A stretch of DNA of 64,000 nucleotides from Macrostomum lignano (taxonomy: Eukaryota). The position numbers were made by a program, and so were the translations under genes. The stretch's first letter is position 1. The number at the start of each line of letters is the position of its first letter. Shown piece by piece: positions 22,744 through 35,605 of the stretch. Location: assembly GCA_002269645.1 (NCBI GenBank), contig NIVC01000926.1, forward strand, positions 186,001 to 250,000, read 5' to 3'. The notes under the pieces were generated by a model that saw nothing but the letters and a program-made list of their open reading frames with translations, did no database searches and had not been told where the DNA came from.

Positions 22744-24342
22744 TCACCTACGCATGTCCCAGTACTGCAATAAAATCGCCAAAGTGGCGTCCGCCATGCC
22801 GAAAGCGCAGTCCGGTCGGCGGTGCAGGAGTGCAGCCATGGCGGTGAACAGTCGCCGCAGGCGTGTAGATCGACCACCGCGCGGCCTATCACGGTAAGCG
22901 CTCAGCGGCTCGGGCTCCGACAGGATGCCGGCGGTGTAGGCGGCCTTCCAAAAGCTGGCCTCCGCCCGCGACATTTCCCGATACCACGCCGCTTTGCCGT
23001 CACACACACTACGGCGACCGGCGGCCCGTTGGCGGACCGTTGCACCGCCTCGCCGGACTCCAGTAGAGTCCGACAATATCGGTCGCACATGTTGCGTTGG
23101 CATTGGATCATCGCCTTTTGCGCCTCAGCGGGCGTGTCGCCATGACTGACTCCTTTTGACCTCTCTTGTGCAACGTACGCTATCATTGTTGTGAAGACAA
23201 TGCGGCAGCTGTGTATCTTAGTGGGCTCCTCGGCCCGTGCCGGTAGTCCCTTGGACACTCTGCAGCATGTCAATCACCGACGCAGCTTTGTCTTCCGCAT
23301 TTTTGGACGCCATGGCGATCCAGTCTGCTGGCCAGTCATAGCCATTGACGCACAATGGTGCGCACGATGCGCAAACAGTGGCTGCCGTACTCACTGCTGC
23401 GCCGGCTGGCGGTTGCGCAGGTGCACAGCTAACGGCCGGTTGTTTACGCGCGGGCGGCTGGGCTGCCGCACTCGTTGCTGCGCCGGCTGGCGGTTGCACA
23501 GGTGCACAGCTAACGGCCGGTTGTTTACCCGCGGGCGGCTGGGCTGCCTCACTCGCTGCTGCGCCGGCTGGCGGTTGCACAGGTGCACAGCTAACGGCCG
23601 GTTGTTTACCCGCGGGCGGCTGGGCTGCCGCACTCGTTGCTGCGCCGGCTGGCGGTTGCACAGGTGCACAGCTAACGGCCGGTTGTTTACCCGCGGGCGG
23701 CTGGGCTGCCGCACTCGCTGCTGCGCCGGCTGGCGGTTGCACAGGTGCACAGCTAACGGCCGGTTGTTTACCCGCGGGCGGCTGGGCTGCCGCACTCGCT
23801 GCTGCGCCGGCTGGCGGTTGTACAGATGCACAGCTAACGGCCGGTTGTTTACCCGCGGGCGGCTGGGCTGCCGTACTCACTGCTGCGCCGGCTGGCAGTT
23901 GCGTAAGTGCACAGCTAATGGCCAGTTGTATATCCGCGGGTGACTGGGCTGCCGCTCTCGCTGCTGCGCCGGCTGGCGGTTGCGCTGAGCCAGCTACACC
24001 AACAGCTGGCGGCACGAGGTGGTCCCACTGGGACAAGTGCAGCAATCTGTCACTGACATCGCTAGCCTGCACAGCAACCAGTGCAATTTCACCATGCAGC
24101 TCATTGAATCGATCTTGGAGGTCGCAAAGAATCTCTCCACACTCAGAGAGTATTTGCGGCAGCAGCCACTGCAGCTTGTAGATAAGTGTACCGCTGATTG
24201 CGACATTATTTGACATATGTGCAATATTGCTTTGTAAAATGCTCGCAGACTTCGATATCTTTAGCAAAGAGTGATTCCGCCATAGAATTAGAATTACTCT
24301 GGAATGGTTGTAGGATAGCATAATTACTACAAGAATAGACAC
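22744..24342 (-). pseudogene. Unknown TE-accessory-like ORF: coiled coil + 27-aa Pro/Ala repeats + frameshifted C-terminus
   Basis: ORF 23218..24342; 81-bp tandem repeat x~6.5 at 23380-23990. Confidence 0.4.
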
Positions 24343-24596
24343 AATTCCATGAAGTATAAAACTGCCACTTTCTACTGCTTTCTACATTAAATGACTTGGC
24401 TATTATTATTGTTATTAACAAATTTCAATAAGTGTCCCCTATTTTTGCAACTCCAGTGGTACCCCCGAATAGGAAATCCTCTGAGAACCATTACTACTTC
24501 TGTATAAACGTTGAGATAAAGGGACTGATACGAAAGATGCTACATTCACCTTTTTATTTTCTGACCTAAAAATCTGAACATCCTAAAATCCAAAAA

Positions 24597-25272
24597 TCCT
24601 ATATACTAAAAATGAAATGTCTGTGTGTATGTGTGAGATAGATTTCAGAAAAAAACGGCTCAACCGATTTTCTTCAAACTTGCACCATTCGATCAGAAAT
24701 TTTCCTGGGACGGTACATGCATCTTGGCTAAGAAATTGCTCAATGTTAAAGGCATTAAATAGAGCCACCATTTCGAACATAAAAGAGCCACCATGTCGAA
24801 AAAAAGAGCCACCATGTCAAACCTAAAAGAGCCACCATGTCGAACATAAATGAGCTACCATGTCAAACATAAAAGAGCCACCATGTCAAACATTAAAGAG
24901 CCACCATGTCTAACCCCCCAAGTCCAACTATAATCCCAACCCAAACATATACTTGTCTACCTACCTACCTACCTACATACATACATACATACATACATAC
25001 ATACATACATACATACCTACCTACCTACCTACCTACCTACCACTATATTTATCCCACTAACCCAACCACTTACCTGTTACAGCCTCTTTTATTCTGGGGA
25101 ACCGCTGCCCTAGCAGAGAAATCTGAAATTTCTCTAAGTGTCAAAATTATTTTGACAGAAAATTTTTTGCCCAAAAAATGTTTTTTTCCTCTTTTAATTC
25201 AATTCGTCTAATGAACTGCCTGTTGCTGTCTGTGGGTGTTTATCTCTGTCTTAAAGATAGAGATTATTCTAG
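24597..25272 (+). mobile_element. Non-autonomous Helitron-like element
   Basis: A|TCCTATATAC start, ACGGCTCAACCGATTTT motif, internal ~21-bp repeats and (CTAC)n/(ATAC)n, hairpin ATCTCT..AGAGAT (25242-25264) then CTAG|T. Confidence 0.65.
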
Positions 25273-25893
25273 TTAATCTAATTAACTATCCCTAACCACA
25301 TACCTGTGACAGCATTTTTAATTCTGGGAAACGCTGCACTGCGCTGGTCGAGTAACTTATCTCGAGGGAGCCTGCTTCTGCTGACTATGGGGGGTACCTT
25401 ATCTGGAGAACCATCGCTTGTATTTTTTGTCTGCCTACCTACCTACCTACCTACCTACCTACCAGTACATCTGTCTGGTGGATGCCGTATCTGCGAAACC
25501 ACGTGCTGGCGTTGTCTGGAGGTAACTTATCCTTGGGAAGCCGCCTGTCTACCAGCCGGTTTTCCTGCACGATGTCTCCCTGTTATTCTGTCCAAAGAAT
25601 CGCAAAATGTTTTCAGACTTTTCCTAGAAAAATTGTCTGTAGAAACCGCAAAATTTCTTCCTACTAATCTTTCTGGGGAACCGCAGGTTGATTTCTTGGA
25701 AAATCTGTATGGATAAACTGCAAAATTTCTTCCTGCTAATCTATCTGGGGAACCGCAGGATGATTTGGTGCTTGGTTCTCAACTTTTTATTTAAATCAAA
25801 ATTTGGTTATATAGATTAGTAAATTCATTTTAAAAACAGCAAAAAACAACATCAGCAAACTTAATTGTTTCGTTGATTAATAAATGTTAATAG

Positions 25894-27403
25894 TGAAGTG
25901 TCGCGGCTTTCTTTGGTTGCCCTGAGAGAAGAGAGGTGGTCCGGTAGGCCTTGGAATCCCACCGCTATCACCAGTGTAGTAACTGAGCTTTTGTTTGCTC
26001 GGGCTAGGTGGACTGCTATTGGCCGGGGCAACTTTAGCGAGCACTTTTATGGGGGCTGAGACTGGGCAGAAATCTAAAATTAAGGGTAGTGCTGCCACCA
26101 GCGTGGGAACCGCAGGATCCGCAATGAAGGGGTCTGTTTGGGCTCCACGCAAATAAATAACGCTAGAACAACTAGTCTCAGATATTTCAATGTCCAAGTG
26201 ACAGGACTCAATGGTAGCAAATGGCCTGAGCGGCGCAGTCTTGGCACTGACAATTGTCCGCGCTTGAGCGTGTCTGAGTTTAGCTCTCAGAGGACCCCTA
26301 ACTCCTACTAACCTAATAGCTACGTCTCACGCAGATAGGCGGCGAGGAAATCGGTCTATGCGCCTGCGGCAGCAATAGACTCTAGGCCTATAAACTAACA
26401 GCTAGTTCTTAGAATCGTGCACGAGTGCTGCGACTGCACACTCACTCTCACTCTTATTCGCGCCTGTGTCGCGAGTAGACACTAGCAGAATGGCTTCAGC
26501 CAACTGATTTCCTGCCAATAGAGTAGGCGGGGAAATCAGAGCTATAGCACTAGCAATGCTCTACCAAGACCTGCTCAGGAGCGTGCTTTCTGCTTGAGCG
26601 CTGCTTTGCTCTACCAAGACCTGCTCAGGAGCTTTGCTTCGCTGTTAACCGGCGCTAGAGCGCTAGACTTGGAGAAAGTTCTCGACAAGTCCTCACGAGG
26701 CGGTTCTGAGGAAAAATTCAGACAGACTGGCCTGCATTCGTCAATACGAGTATAGAACGCGGAGGGTGGAGCGTTTGGGCATTCCGTGGCTTGACCATGG
26801 AACTGCAGCCGAAAAGTGCGGATAATGATGCACAACAGATTTTGATTAAACATGGGGGGGAGAGTAGCTTGTAAAAAAGCGCCGACAGTCGCCTCAAGCC
26901 ACTAGTGACAATAGCATGCCAAATTTGGGCTTGTGCGCACAAGGCTGCACGTGAGGGAGGGTTTAGCTCGGGACACGGGGTCCGCGAAACCCTCAGTCTA
27001 AAAATAGAATGACGCATGGGGAAGGCTCGGACGCAGGAGGAACGAGAGAGCAGAAGGGGGAAGGATCCAGAGAGCGCACGGGGGAGGAGTGCGGCTAACT
27101 AGACTTGCGTACACTGAGCGATCGTACGCGGCAGGCCAGGCAACAACAGTACAGGCAAGCGCCAAATTTGGCGGCTTCCACTAACTAACCCTAGGCTAGG
27201 CAAAACTTCCTAATTTCCTATGTTAAAGAGTCTCATAATGACGACACGATTGTGCCATATTGTGCAACTTCTGAGCGCCAAGGAAGGCTGCTTAGAGTGC
27301 ATAAAGGCAGCAGAAAATTCCTATTCCAGATACTAGCAGCGGACAGCAGTGCCTAAGATGTGACTGCGGCCCTATGCTTGCAGCAGAAGGCTGCGCCACA
27401 TCA
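25894..27403 (-). mobile_element. Solo LTR, family B (copy B1, 1510 bp), TSD ATAG, with internal PBS
   Basis: TGAAGTG...CACATCA flanked by ATAG (25890-25893, 27404-27407); U5 motifs shared with 37691-38868. Confidence 0.8.
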
Positions 27404-27744
27404 ATAGGTTTATTATAATTATAATTATTATTATTATTATTATCATCATTATTATTATTACTATTATTATTATTACTATTATCATTACTTATCCGGCTAC
27501 AGTGTTACAGGCGGTCCGGTCTGGCTACAGTGTTACAGGCGTTCCGGGTACTGCGGGCGTGAATAAAATTTGTTACGTAATAAATGATCAGATTCGTTTA
27601 ATTTATAATGCGACAATATGATGTGTTATGTTATAAATACTCACAGAGTCAAGGCCCTGGGCAACGCGGCTGGCTCTGTCCAGCCGGTTGCCCCACCTGG
27701 CCGCCTCTCGTTTGGCCTCGGCCAAGGCGCGGTATGCCGCCGCC

Positions 27745-27985
27745 CGCTGGCCAAGCCGTCAGCCAAATTCGTCAGCCAAAGTCGTCAGCCAAAGTCGTCA
27801 GTCAATTCTCATTGGCTTGTCTATGTGCATAGGGGAATCCAGCACGCTATGGCTGCGTGACTATTGAACGTATATTCTATGGCCTATGGACTAAGGAAAT
27901 CCATACACGCTGCGGAAATCCAAAGGTCGACTGACGACTTTGGCTGACGACTTTGGTTATAGGTTGACGACTTTGGCAACCGTAT
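27745..27985. repeat. Foldback: GTCGTCAGCCAAA repeats and inverted TTTGGCTGACGAC repeats around a ~130-bp core (MITE-like)
   Basis: About 4 forward units at 27745-27805 and 3 inverted units at 27928-27980. Confidence 0.7.
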
Positions 27986-29236
27986 TTTTGGTAGAATATA
28001 CTAGATATTTTACGTAGATTTCACGTTGAAAGTGTCGCGTGAAAATGCTTTAAATCTACGAATCTGATTTTATGAATAATGTACGTATTATCGACGCAGA
28101 AGATTAACGTCCTAAAACAGCTTAATTAGCTTGTATAGTAATATAATCGTCAGGTTCTAATTAGATTTTAAGCCACAAACCATTAGTGCATATTTTTCTC
28201 ACCACTTAACTTCTTCGGGCAAGCAATTTACAGTTAAATTTTTCTTAAATAGTAATTAAGTAATGGAACACAGAACGCAAAGATTAAAATATACTCTTTA
28301 TATGTTTCTTGCCTACATTTGACTGAATTATTTTTACCGTTCTGTTTCAAGTCGCACCCATAGTATGTTTTATTATTGGTATTATGAAATATATATATAT
28401 AACACCCAAGTATACAAAACTATAGAACATGAAAAAATAAAGACTGCAATGTTTGCACCTAATTTCAGCATGCAAAAAAGATTACTTAATTAAAAAATAG
28501 GAGCGAAAATAAATATTGCGAAAAGACACAAGAAAAAGTTGAAGGCTGAATTCCAATTTGCAAGATTCAAGGCAGGAAGAGAAACGGCACGCTTTTAGAG
28601 CAGGTGGCATCTGCAAGAATTAAGGCAGGAAGAGAAACGGAAGAGGCGGAAGTAACATTACGAGCTCGGCACGAGGATTCTATTTAGAAAATTGCCTTTC
28701 TACTCGTATCTTGAATATATTTGTAACTGTTGTAGATTAGCCACCATTAGTAGTGGATTAGTCTAAAAAGCAAGTCAAATTTCAAAGGCAAAAGAGCAAT
28801 CAATTATTCCTAACCCAGTGTAAAAAGTCGAGTCCGACGGACTCAGATTCGTCATAGTCCGCAGTGATAGGTTATGTACGACCATGTCTTATCTGATCGG
28901 ACCCTGATCGGACCCTGACTTGTAGACTTTGGAAAGACTGCTATTGGACTCTCTATTTATGGCTACTATCAGTAGTGTTAATTGCGAAGTTAGCTTGATT
29001 CAAATAGAGAATTAAAAATTGTTTTATTTCTTTTTAAGCATTGCAATGAGTTGTTTTACTTTTTTGTTTTTGAAGTTTATTTGTATATAATTATTACAAT
29101 AGATTACAATAAATTAATTAGCAATGATAAATGTACCTATAATGACAAATTATAATTCTTTATACTAAATGTTTCATTACCCAGCCATACCGTACATTTT
29201 TTCCAGTCAAACATTAAAATAGACAGTTATTAAATA

Positions 29237-30495
29237 TTAATCAGAATCTGAGTCAACGACTGTAGGCCGGCTGCCCCTTTTGCACTGCTTTTTGGCTGAT
29301 AAATCATCGGCTGTGGCAGCCCGCTTCAATCCTCTGGTCGCTGTAGCAGCGGCAGCTTCAGCATTATCGGTGGCCCGTGCAGCTTTTGCTTGAAGTCGCT
29401 TCTGCCTCGCAACCTCTCTTTCCAATGCGTGCTTCAGGACGTCTTTGATAGCATTCTCAATGCTCTTGTCGCTATGCACAGGTTCCCCCGTTTTAGGGTC
29501 CCTTGGAAAGAGGTCCTGAACGGCATCTGAAAAAAATAATTATCAAGTTCATGTTGTAATGATCACGCTTGTAGATGTCTACTATCAGTAGCAACAACCG
29601 GAAATAAAAAAGAGAAATGAAACTTCAACATAATATGCCCGATTTACTGTAAATCAAAAAGTGTGATCCCCGACCCCGAGTGATTCTGGGTGTGGTGAAC
29701 TGGAGTGCAATAGAATAGTGAGTAGTGGTGAACTGGAAGCAAACGAATAGCTATAAATTCCAACAAGCACTCACCAATAAACAACTTTCTGACTCTCTTG
29801 AATCCCAGCTGCTCATAGTCGATGATGCCGCACTCTGGAAATTCCTCTTGGCAGCGCGGAATACAGCCTTTGCCGCTCCAATTGACCAGACACAGCATCC
29901 TCGGCGACAAACACTTGTCCATCATTCGACGGATCGTATCCGGCAGGGTGCTGCACCGGCAACCACGCAGGCCTGCGATCTGAGTTGTGACATAAAAAGT
30001 ATCCGGTGAATTGTGAAAACTTTCAATTTTCAATTTTCAAAAACAAATCCTCAAAAAGTGTCACGCTCTACTTTAAGTAGAAATACATAATCACTTATTT
30101 CATTTCCACACTACACATTCGGTTATCTTTATCCACAAAGATGACAAACTAAAAAATGAGCTGTCTTCTTTTTAAGTGATTGTGATTCTCTTCCTATCAG
30201 TGTTTCGGATATACTTACAAGGCTGGACTGAAGCTGCGTTGATGAGAGAAAGTCAATATACTTCTCCCAGGAGTCGATGGGCTCAAAGTATTGGCTATTG
30301 GCACGCGTCAAACCATTCATTGCCGAAGTCGGCCCTTACTCTAATTGGATTTTTATAAAAGCGATTTTCTGCGCCTAACTTCTCCCAGTCCTCCACAGTA
30401 TACTCTTGGTACTCACCAAGAGCTACCTCACTGAACATGAGCTCAATGACCTGCTTGTCGGTCTCAAAATAAACAATGAATCGGACAGATTCCAT
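29237..30495 (-). pseudogene. Divergent accessory gene of the CMC element, DUF4806/BEN-like, spliced; frame unresolved near 30300
   Basis: DTIRRMMDKCLSPRMLCLVNWSGKG..LFI and IENAIKDVLKHA exons; N-term MESVRFIVYF. Confidence 0.6.
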
Positions 30496-30798
30496 TGCTG
30501 TCTGTCAAATCTAGATGGGAATCGGAACTGGAAAAAAGACTGGATTGACTGTCTTCTATGCAGGTTGGCATGAGAATATAGCTATAGTTGCGGGAAAGGG
30601 ATGCAGGAAAATCAAATTCCTCATCCAATCAGCGCAGCTATAGCTGTATTGACCAACCCTCACCCATTACTCGACCTCCTCCCCATTCTTCCCTCCCCCT
30701 TCCCACTCGGGCCTCGATCCTAAATCAAGCTTCAAAAAATGAAAAATATTAAAAATCATTCGAAATGAAAAAAATTGAGTTGTATTTGCAAAACAAAT

Positions 30799-33039
30799 AT
30801 GCCGAAGGAAAAAAAAACCGAGGACGACACGAATCCAAGCAGACAGTTTCAAAACTTCCTATCTGAAAGCCGGAAGTCTGCACTACCCATTGAAAATCTA
30901 CATGCCGATGCAAATATTTTCCCAGCTTGCGCTGAAACCGACCCTGCAGATCGCGATTTCGAATTCGACTCAGGATTCCTCGCACAGTGCATGAATGCTT
31001 TGGTTCTTCCGAGCGAATACGAAGATGATGAAGCCAGAGTAGCTTCTGATGATGAAGATAGTGAAGACGAGGCAGCGAAGCCCAGCATGGACACTCTAGA
31101 CGACGAGCTGCTCGTCCTTTTCTTGCTGCACAACCTGTCTCACAGGGCCATGCAGTTCCTCTTAAATGCACTTCACAGTCGTGGATTGCCTGTTTCCAAA
31201 TCCCTTTACTTATTAACAACGAAGGATGGGAAAAAGAAAGTCCTTAAATACCCAATGGGGACAGGCGACTTTGCATACTTAGGTATTGCCTCGAATATCG
31301 GCTACCTCCTGAGCAAAAATCTACTGAGATTGGGCCAAGCATCTACTCTTCCGAACGGTTCTAAAGGGTTCGAAGTCGACATCAAAATTGGCATTGACGG
31401 GATGCCAGTTTACAGGGCATCGAACTATAGTGCCTGGCCCATCTTGGCGCTAATCTCTGGATTCGACAGACCCGTCCCGATCGGGCTGTTTGCTGGAATA
31501 GGTGAGTGACGAAAAAACTAAGCGATATTTCCCACTTTAAATCCCACATCCGATTTAAATCCCACGCCTACCAAATCCCACCCTCATTATATTTTCACAC
31601 TTATTAAAATTATGTAAATAAAATTCGAAATTTAAATTTTTATCCTATTTGAATCTCAGGAAAGCCGCCTCTAGAAGACTACATAGCCGAATTTTGCAAG
31701 GAGGCTGCGGAACTGATGTCGGACTTCAAGATGATTGAAGGAGTGAACATCAAGATCCGAAAACTAGACTTCATCTGCGATGCGCCAGCTCGCTCATTCA
31801 TCTGCAAGACACTGGGGCACAATTCTCATGCCGGCTGTTTCTATTGTAGAAGTATAGGAAAGACCGTCGACAGACGAGTTGTGTACCCGACAACAGCGGG
31901 AGAGTCGCGCACGGCTGAAGATTATCGCACAGGAAGGTAGGAAGATTACTTGCTAGTTAATAAAAAAGTAATCTCCCTGCGAGAATCGCCCATAATATCT
32001 TTAAGTGAATCGCCCATAATCTCCACATTTCTTCCGTCTATCTCCACATAATCCTCAACATTTCAGTGAGTCAAACCAGCGCGCTGGGCCCAGTCCCCTG
32101 ATGCAACTGCCGGGATTGGAGTTTCCGCAGTGCATTCCACCGGACTATATGCATCTGGTCTGCCTAGGAACAGTGCGGAAGCTGTTCCACTTTCTGTTTG
32201 CTACGGATGACGGCCGCCACTGCAAACTTCGGCCCAGCGACATAGCAGCACTATCAGACGAAGTACAAAAGGTCGCTCCGTTCACACCATCCGAATTCCA
32301 ACGACGACCTCGTCGGATTGATCGGGAGTTGTCTCATTTTAAGGCGTCAGAGTTGAAAAACTTTGTTCTGTATTTCGGCCCGGTTATCTTTCGGCGATTT
32401 CTTCCCGTCCTCCTGTACAAAAATTTCCTGCTTCTACACTTTGCAATATACGTGTTCATGACGCCAGAGTTATTATCTCATCCCGAGATTTTTCGCTACG
32501 CCGCAGCTGCCCTAACCATGTTTGTCAGCGACGCCCATAAGCTGTACGGAAACAGTGTCATGAGTCACAACACTCACGTGCTGCTGCACCTTCCGGAATT
32601 TGTTCGTTCCTTTGGTAGCTTGAGCAATTTCTGCGCCTTCCCCTTTGAGAACTATTTGTCGCACCTAAAAAAGCGACTAAGAGTAACTCGCTTCACCACA
32701 GCACATTTGCTGGCACAAATGCTGAACGTGCGCGAAATGCTGACCACGAACCCAGCTTCATCTCTGCGCTACAGTCCAAAGCCGCCTAACAACTGCTGCG
32801 TGATTGGAGACAACATAGTGCGTATTTCAGCAGTCCATGGCAATGAAGAAGTCACAGGAGTGATTCTCCAATTTAATGGTGGCCTGTACGAGTACCCATA
32901 CACATCGGAGCTCCTGCGCATAGGGTACTACTGTGCCTCCCGTCAAACAATTACCGGAATGCCAAAGAAGAAGTGCATAATGCTACCGCAACCAATAGGC
33001 TGCCTTGTTGTGCCACTGGTGTCAGAGGATTTGAATTGA
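30799..33039 (+). CDS. CMC/EnSpm-type DDE transposase, 3 exons (30799-31501, 31660-31936, 32067-33039), 650 aa, no disablements seen
   Basis: GT-AG introns join in frame (703+277+973=1953 nt); motifs IGIDG..WPIL, ICDAPARSF..GHN..GC..C, DYMHLVCLG, FPFENYL..LKK. Confidence 0.88.
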
Positions 33040-35159
33040 ACATCGAATATTATTCTCATATGCTCGTATTGACCATACTCTCAATTAGACTAGGTGCACA
33101 TAAGCTTGTATTTATAAACTCGTGAGCTGTAAAGGTCATAAAGTATTGAAATAAACGCATTCGTAATTTAGGTGCACCTAACCTAATGCGAAAAGTCATT
33201 TGTAATAATATTTATAAGTAATCATACTTCTAGTTATTTTCACGACCAATTCCATGCTATTCTACCTGGACTATTCTAACCTGGACTGCAAGCCTCAGAA
33301 TTTCCTCATGTGGGCCTCACTGGGGTTTCGGTGCACAAGATGCGGGGCAGAGACCAAGTTGGGGCAGGGAAGAGAGGGGAAGACAGGAAAGGCAGTGAAC
33401 AATGTGCAGTGAATTTAATTCCAAGTTATTTTATTCAAGGCGACCCATTTCATTCCTTGCTCTTTTCATACTTTAAAGTATGTTCTTTATTGCTCTAGAC
33501 AAGTGTACGGCTTATCAAAAAGCAAATTCTCCTGTTTGTTAGTTTAAATTTCTATTTTTCTTCTTGCAACAATGCAAATTGCAATCCAATGTTCCCGCCT
33601 CTCGTATCTGGCGCTCTCCGCGGCCAGCCGGTTCGCAATGGGCAGGTTGGGGGACCTCCCGCCTTCACTATCTCACTGATGGGCAGTTTTTTTAACTGAC
33701 GGGCAAACAATTACTCCAGGTTTCAATTTGCTGGGTTGTTTGCCCCAAGTTTCAATCTCTGACTCTGAATTTTGGTTGCAAGTCCAGATTGCAAAGTATA
33801 GAAGTTTGGTCTTAGAAAAGGATTCCAAAGCACCAGGTGGGGCCGTGGGGGCGGCAGAGGCAAAGACCTGGCCCTGCAATTCCCAGCGCTCTGCTTTTCG
33901 GTTCAACCTAGGAGCAACTGCACCCAGTGCCCAGTGGTGCAGTAAACCAAATAATTCTATATATCAATTCTAGATTAAGTTTGATATATAGAATTCTTTG
34001 AGTAAACCCAGCCCCAGTTCTGCGGCGCCTTTCGGCCTGGGCATATAATTCTAGATATAGTTTGAAACGAGTATCTAGAATGCTATGGCCTGGGTCACAG
34101 GGGCAATAAATCACTTGTACGAGCACTGGGTTTCCACACAAGGCCTTCACAGCGCAGCCCTTATCTGCTCGCAGGCAGATAAGGGCTCATGGGAGAGATA
34201 TTAAAGAGCGAGGAACAACGGAGCCCTGGCTTTATGTAACAATTCTGTAACAATTCTTACATGTAACAATGTAACAGTTATGTAACACTTTAGCTCGTAT
34301 AAACAGAAAATCTTTTGCTCGTTTTGATCTAAATATTGCAGATGGTGTGGTGTGTTGCTCCATATAGACTCATATAGTAGCATCTGGACTGTAAATTATT
34401 TTTTTCGTTTTTTATTACATGGGAGCAACTTCTCCCCATTATGAAGCTAGCTTAAATTTTCGGGCCTCAAGGAGTCTATTTTTGCTCGTTCAGTCAGTCA
34501 GTCACTCACTCACCCAAGTCACTCTCTAACTCGCTCATCCAATCAGTTACTCACTCACTCATTCTATATACGGTATTTACATGTAAGGCGACCTAGCGGG
34601 CTGGCCTAGCGGAACTCTTTGCCTCCATTTGGCTCCCCAATTTCCTCTTACCGGTAAAACCAAACTACGGGTTGATTGTCTAGGGGTTTTTGCATTGCAT
34701 AGGGGTTTTTGTCTTTGTCCATGGACTCCTAGATATACTAGGTATATCTAGGAGTCCATGCTTTGTCTCGTCTCGAAGTATTTCTTGGTTTATTGTGTCT
34801 TATTTTTCCGTGGGCAGTGGGACCATTTTTCCACCATTTGCAAAAAAGCAAGTCCAGGCAGGCAGTGCGGGATGCGCAGTCTAGTTATATTTCTTGGTCT
34901 GTGCCCCTTGGGCATGCCCCTCTAAAGTATTGTGAACAAAGAAGGATCTGTGCTTCAAATAAAGATCAAGGCCAGCCAGGCTGTAAATTAAAAATGGCCA
35001 TGTTTGAATTGTTCGAAGAACACCTGGATGAGGCAGGCGGAAGGGAAGCAGGATTGTTTATATCATTTTTATGCTTGTTTATTCAGTATTTATGACAGTA
35101 CATAACTTTATTGCCGGTGGTAAAGAACGAGAGTCGCAATTTAGTCGCAAGTTTGGGGA

Positions 35160-35605
35160 GAGATGAGGGTGAGACTGTGAGATAGATGAGGGTGAGACTG
35201 TGAGATAGATGAGGGTGAGACTGTGAGATAGATAAGGGTGAGACTGTGAGATAGATGAGGGTGAGACTGTGAGATAGATGAGGGTGAGGCTGTGAGATAG
35301 ATGAGGGTGAGACTGTGAGATAGATGAGGGTGAGACTGTGAGATAGATGAGGGTGAGACTGTGAGATAGATGATGGTGAGACTGTGAGATAGATGAGGGT
35401 GAGACTGTGAGATAGATGAGGGTGAGACTGTGAGATAGATGAGGGTGAGACTGTGAGATAGATGATGGTGAGACTGTGAGATAGATGAGGGTGAGACTGT
35501 GAGATAGATGAGGGTGAGACTGTGAGATAGATGATGGTGAGACTGTGAGATAGATGATGGTGAGACTGTGAAATAGATGGGGGTGAGACTGTGAGATAGA
35601 CATGA
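35160..35605. repeat. 23-bp minisatellite x~19 (GAGGGTGAGACTGTGAGATAGAT)
   Basis: Directly visible. Confidence 0.95.

Noticed and set aside
35079-35603. 174-aa repetitive ORF
   Set aside because: Translation of a 23-bp minisatellite whose unit is not a multiple of 3.
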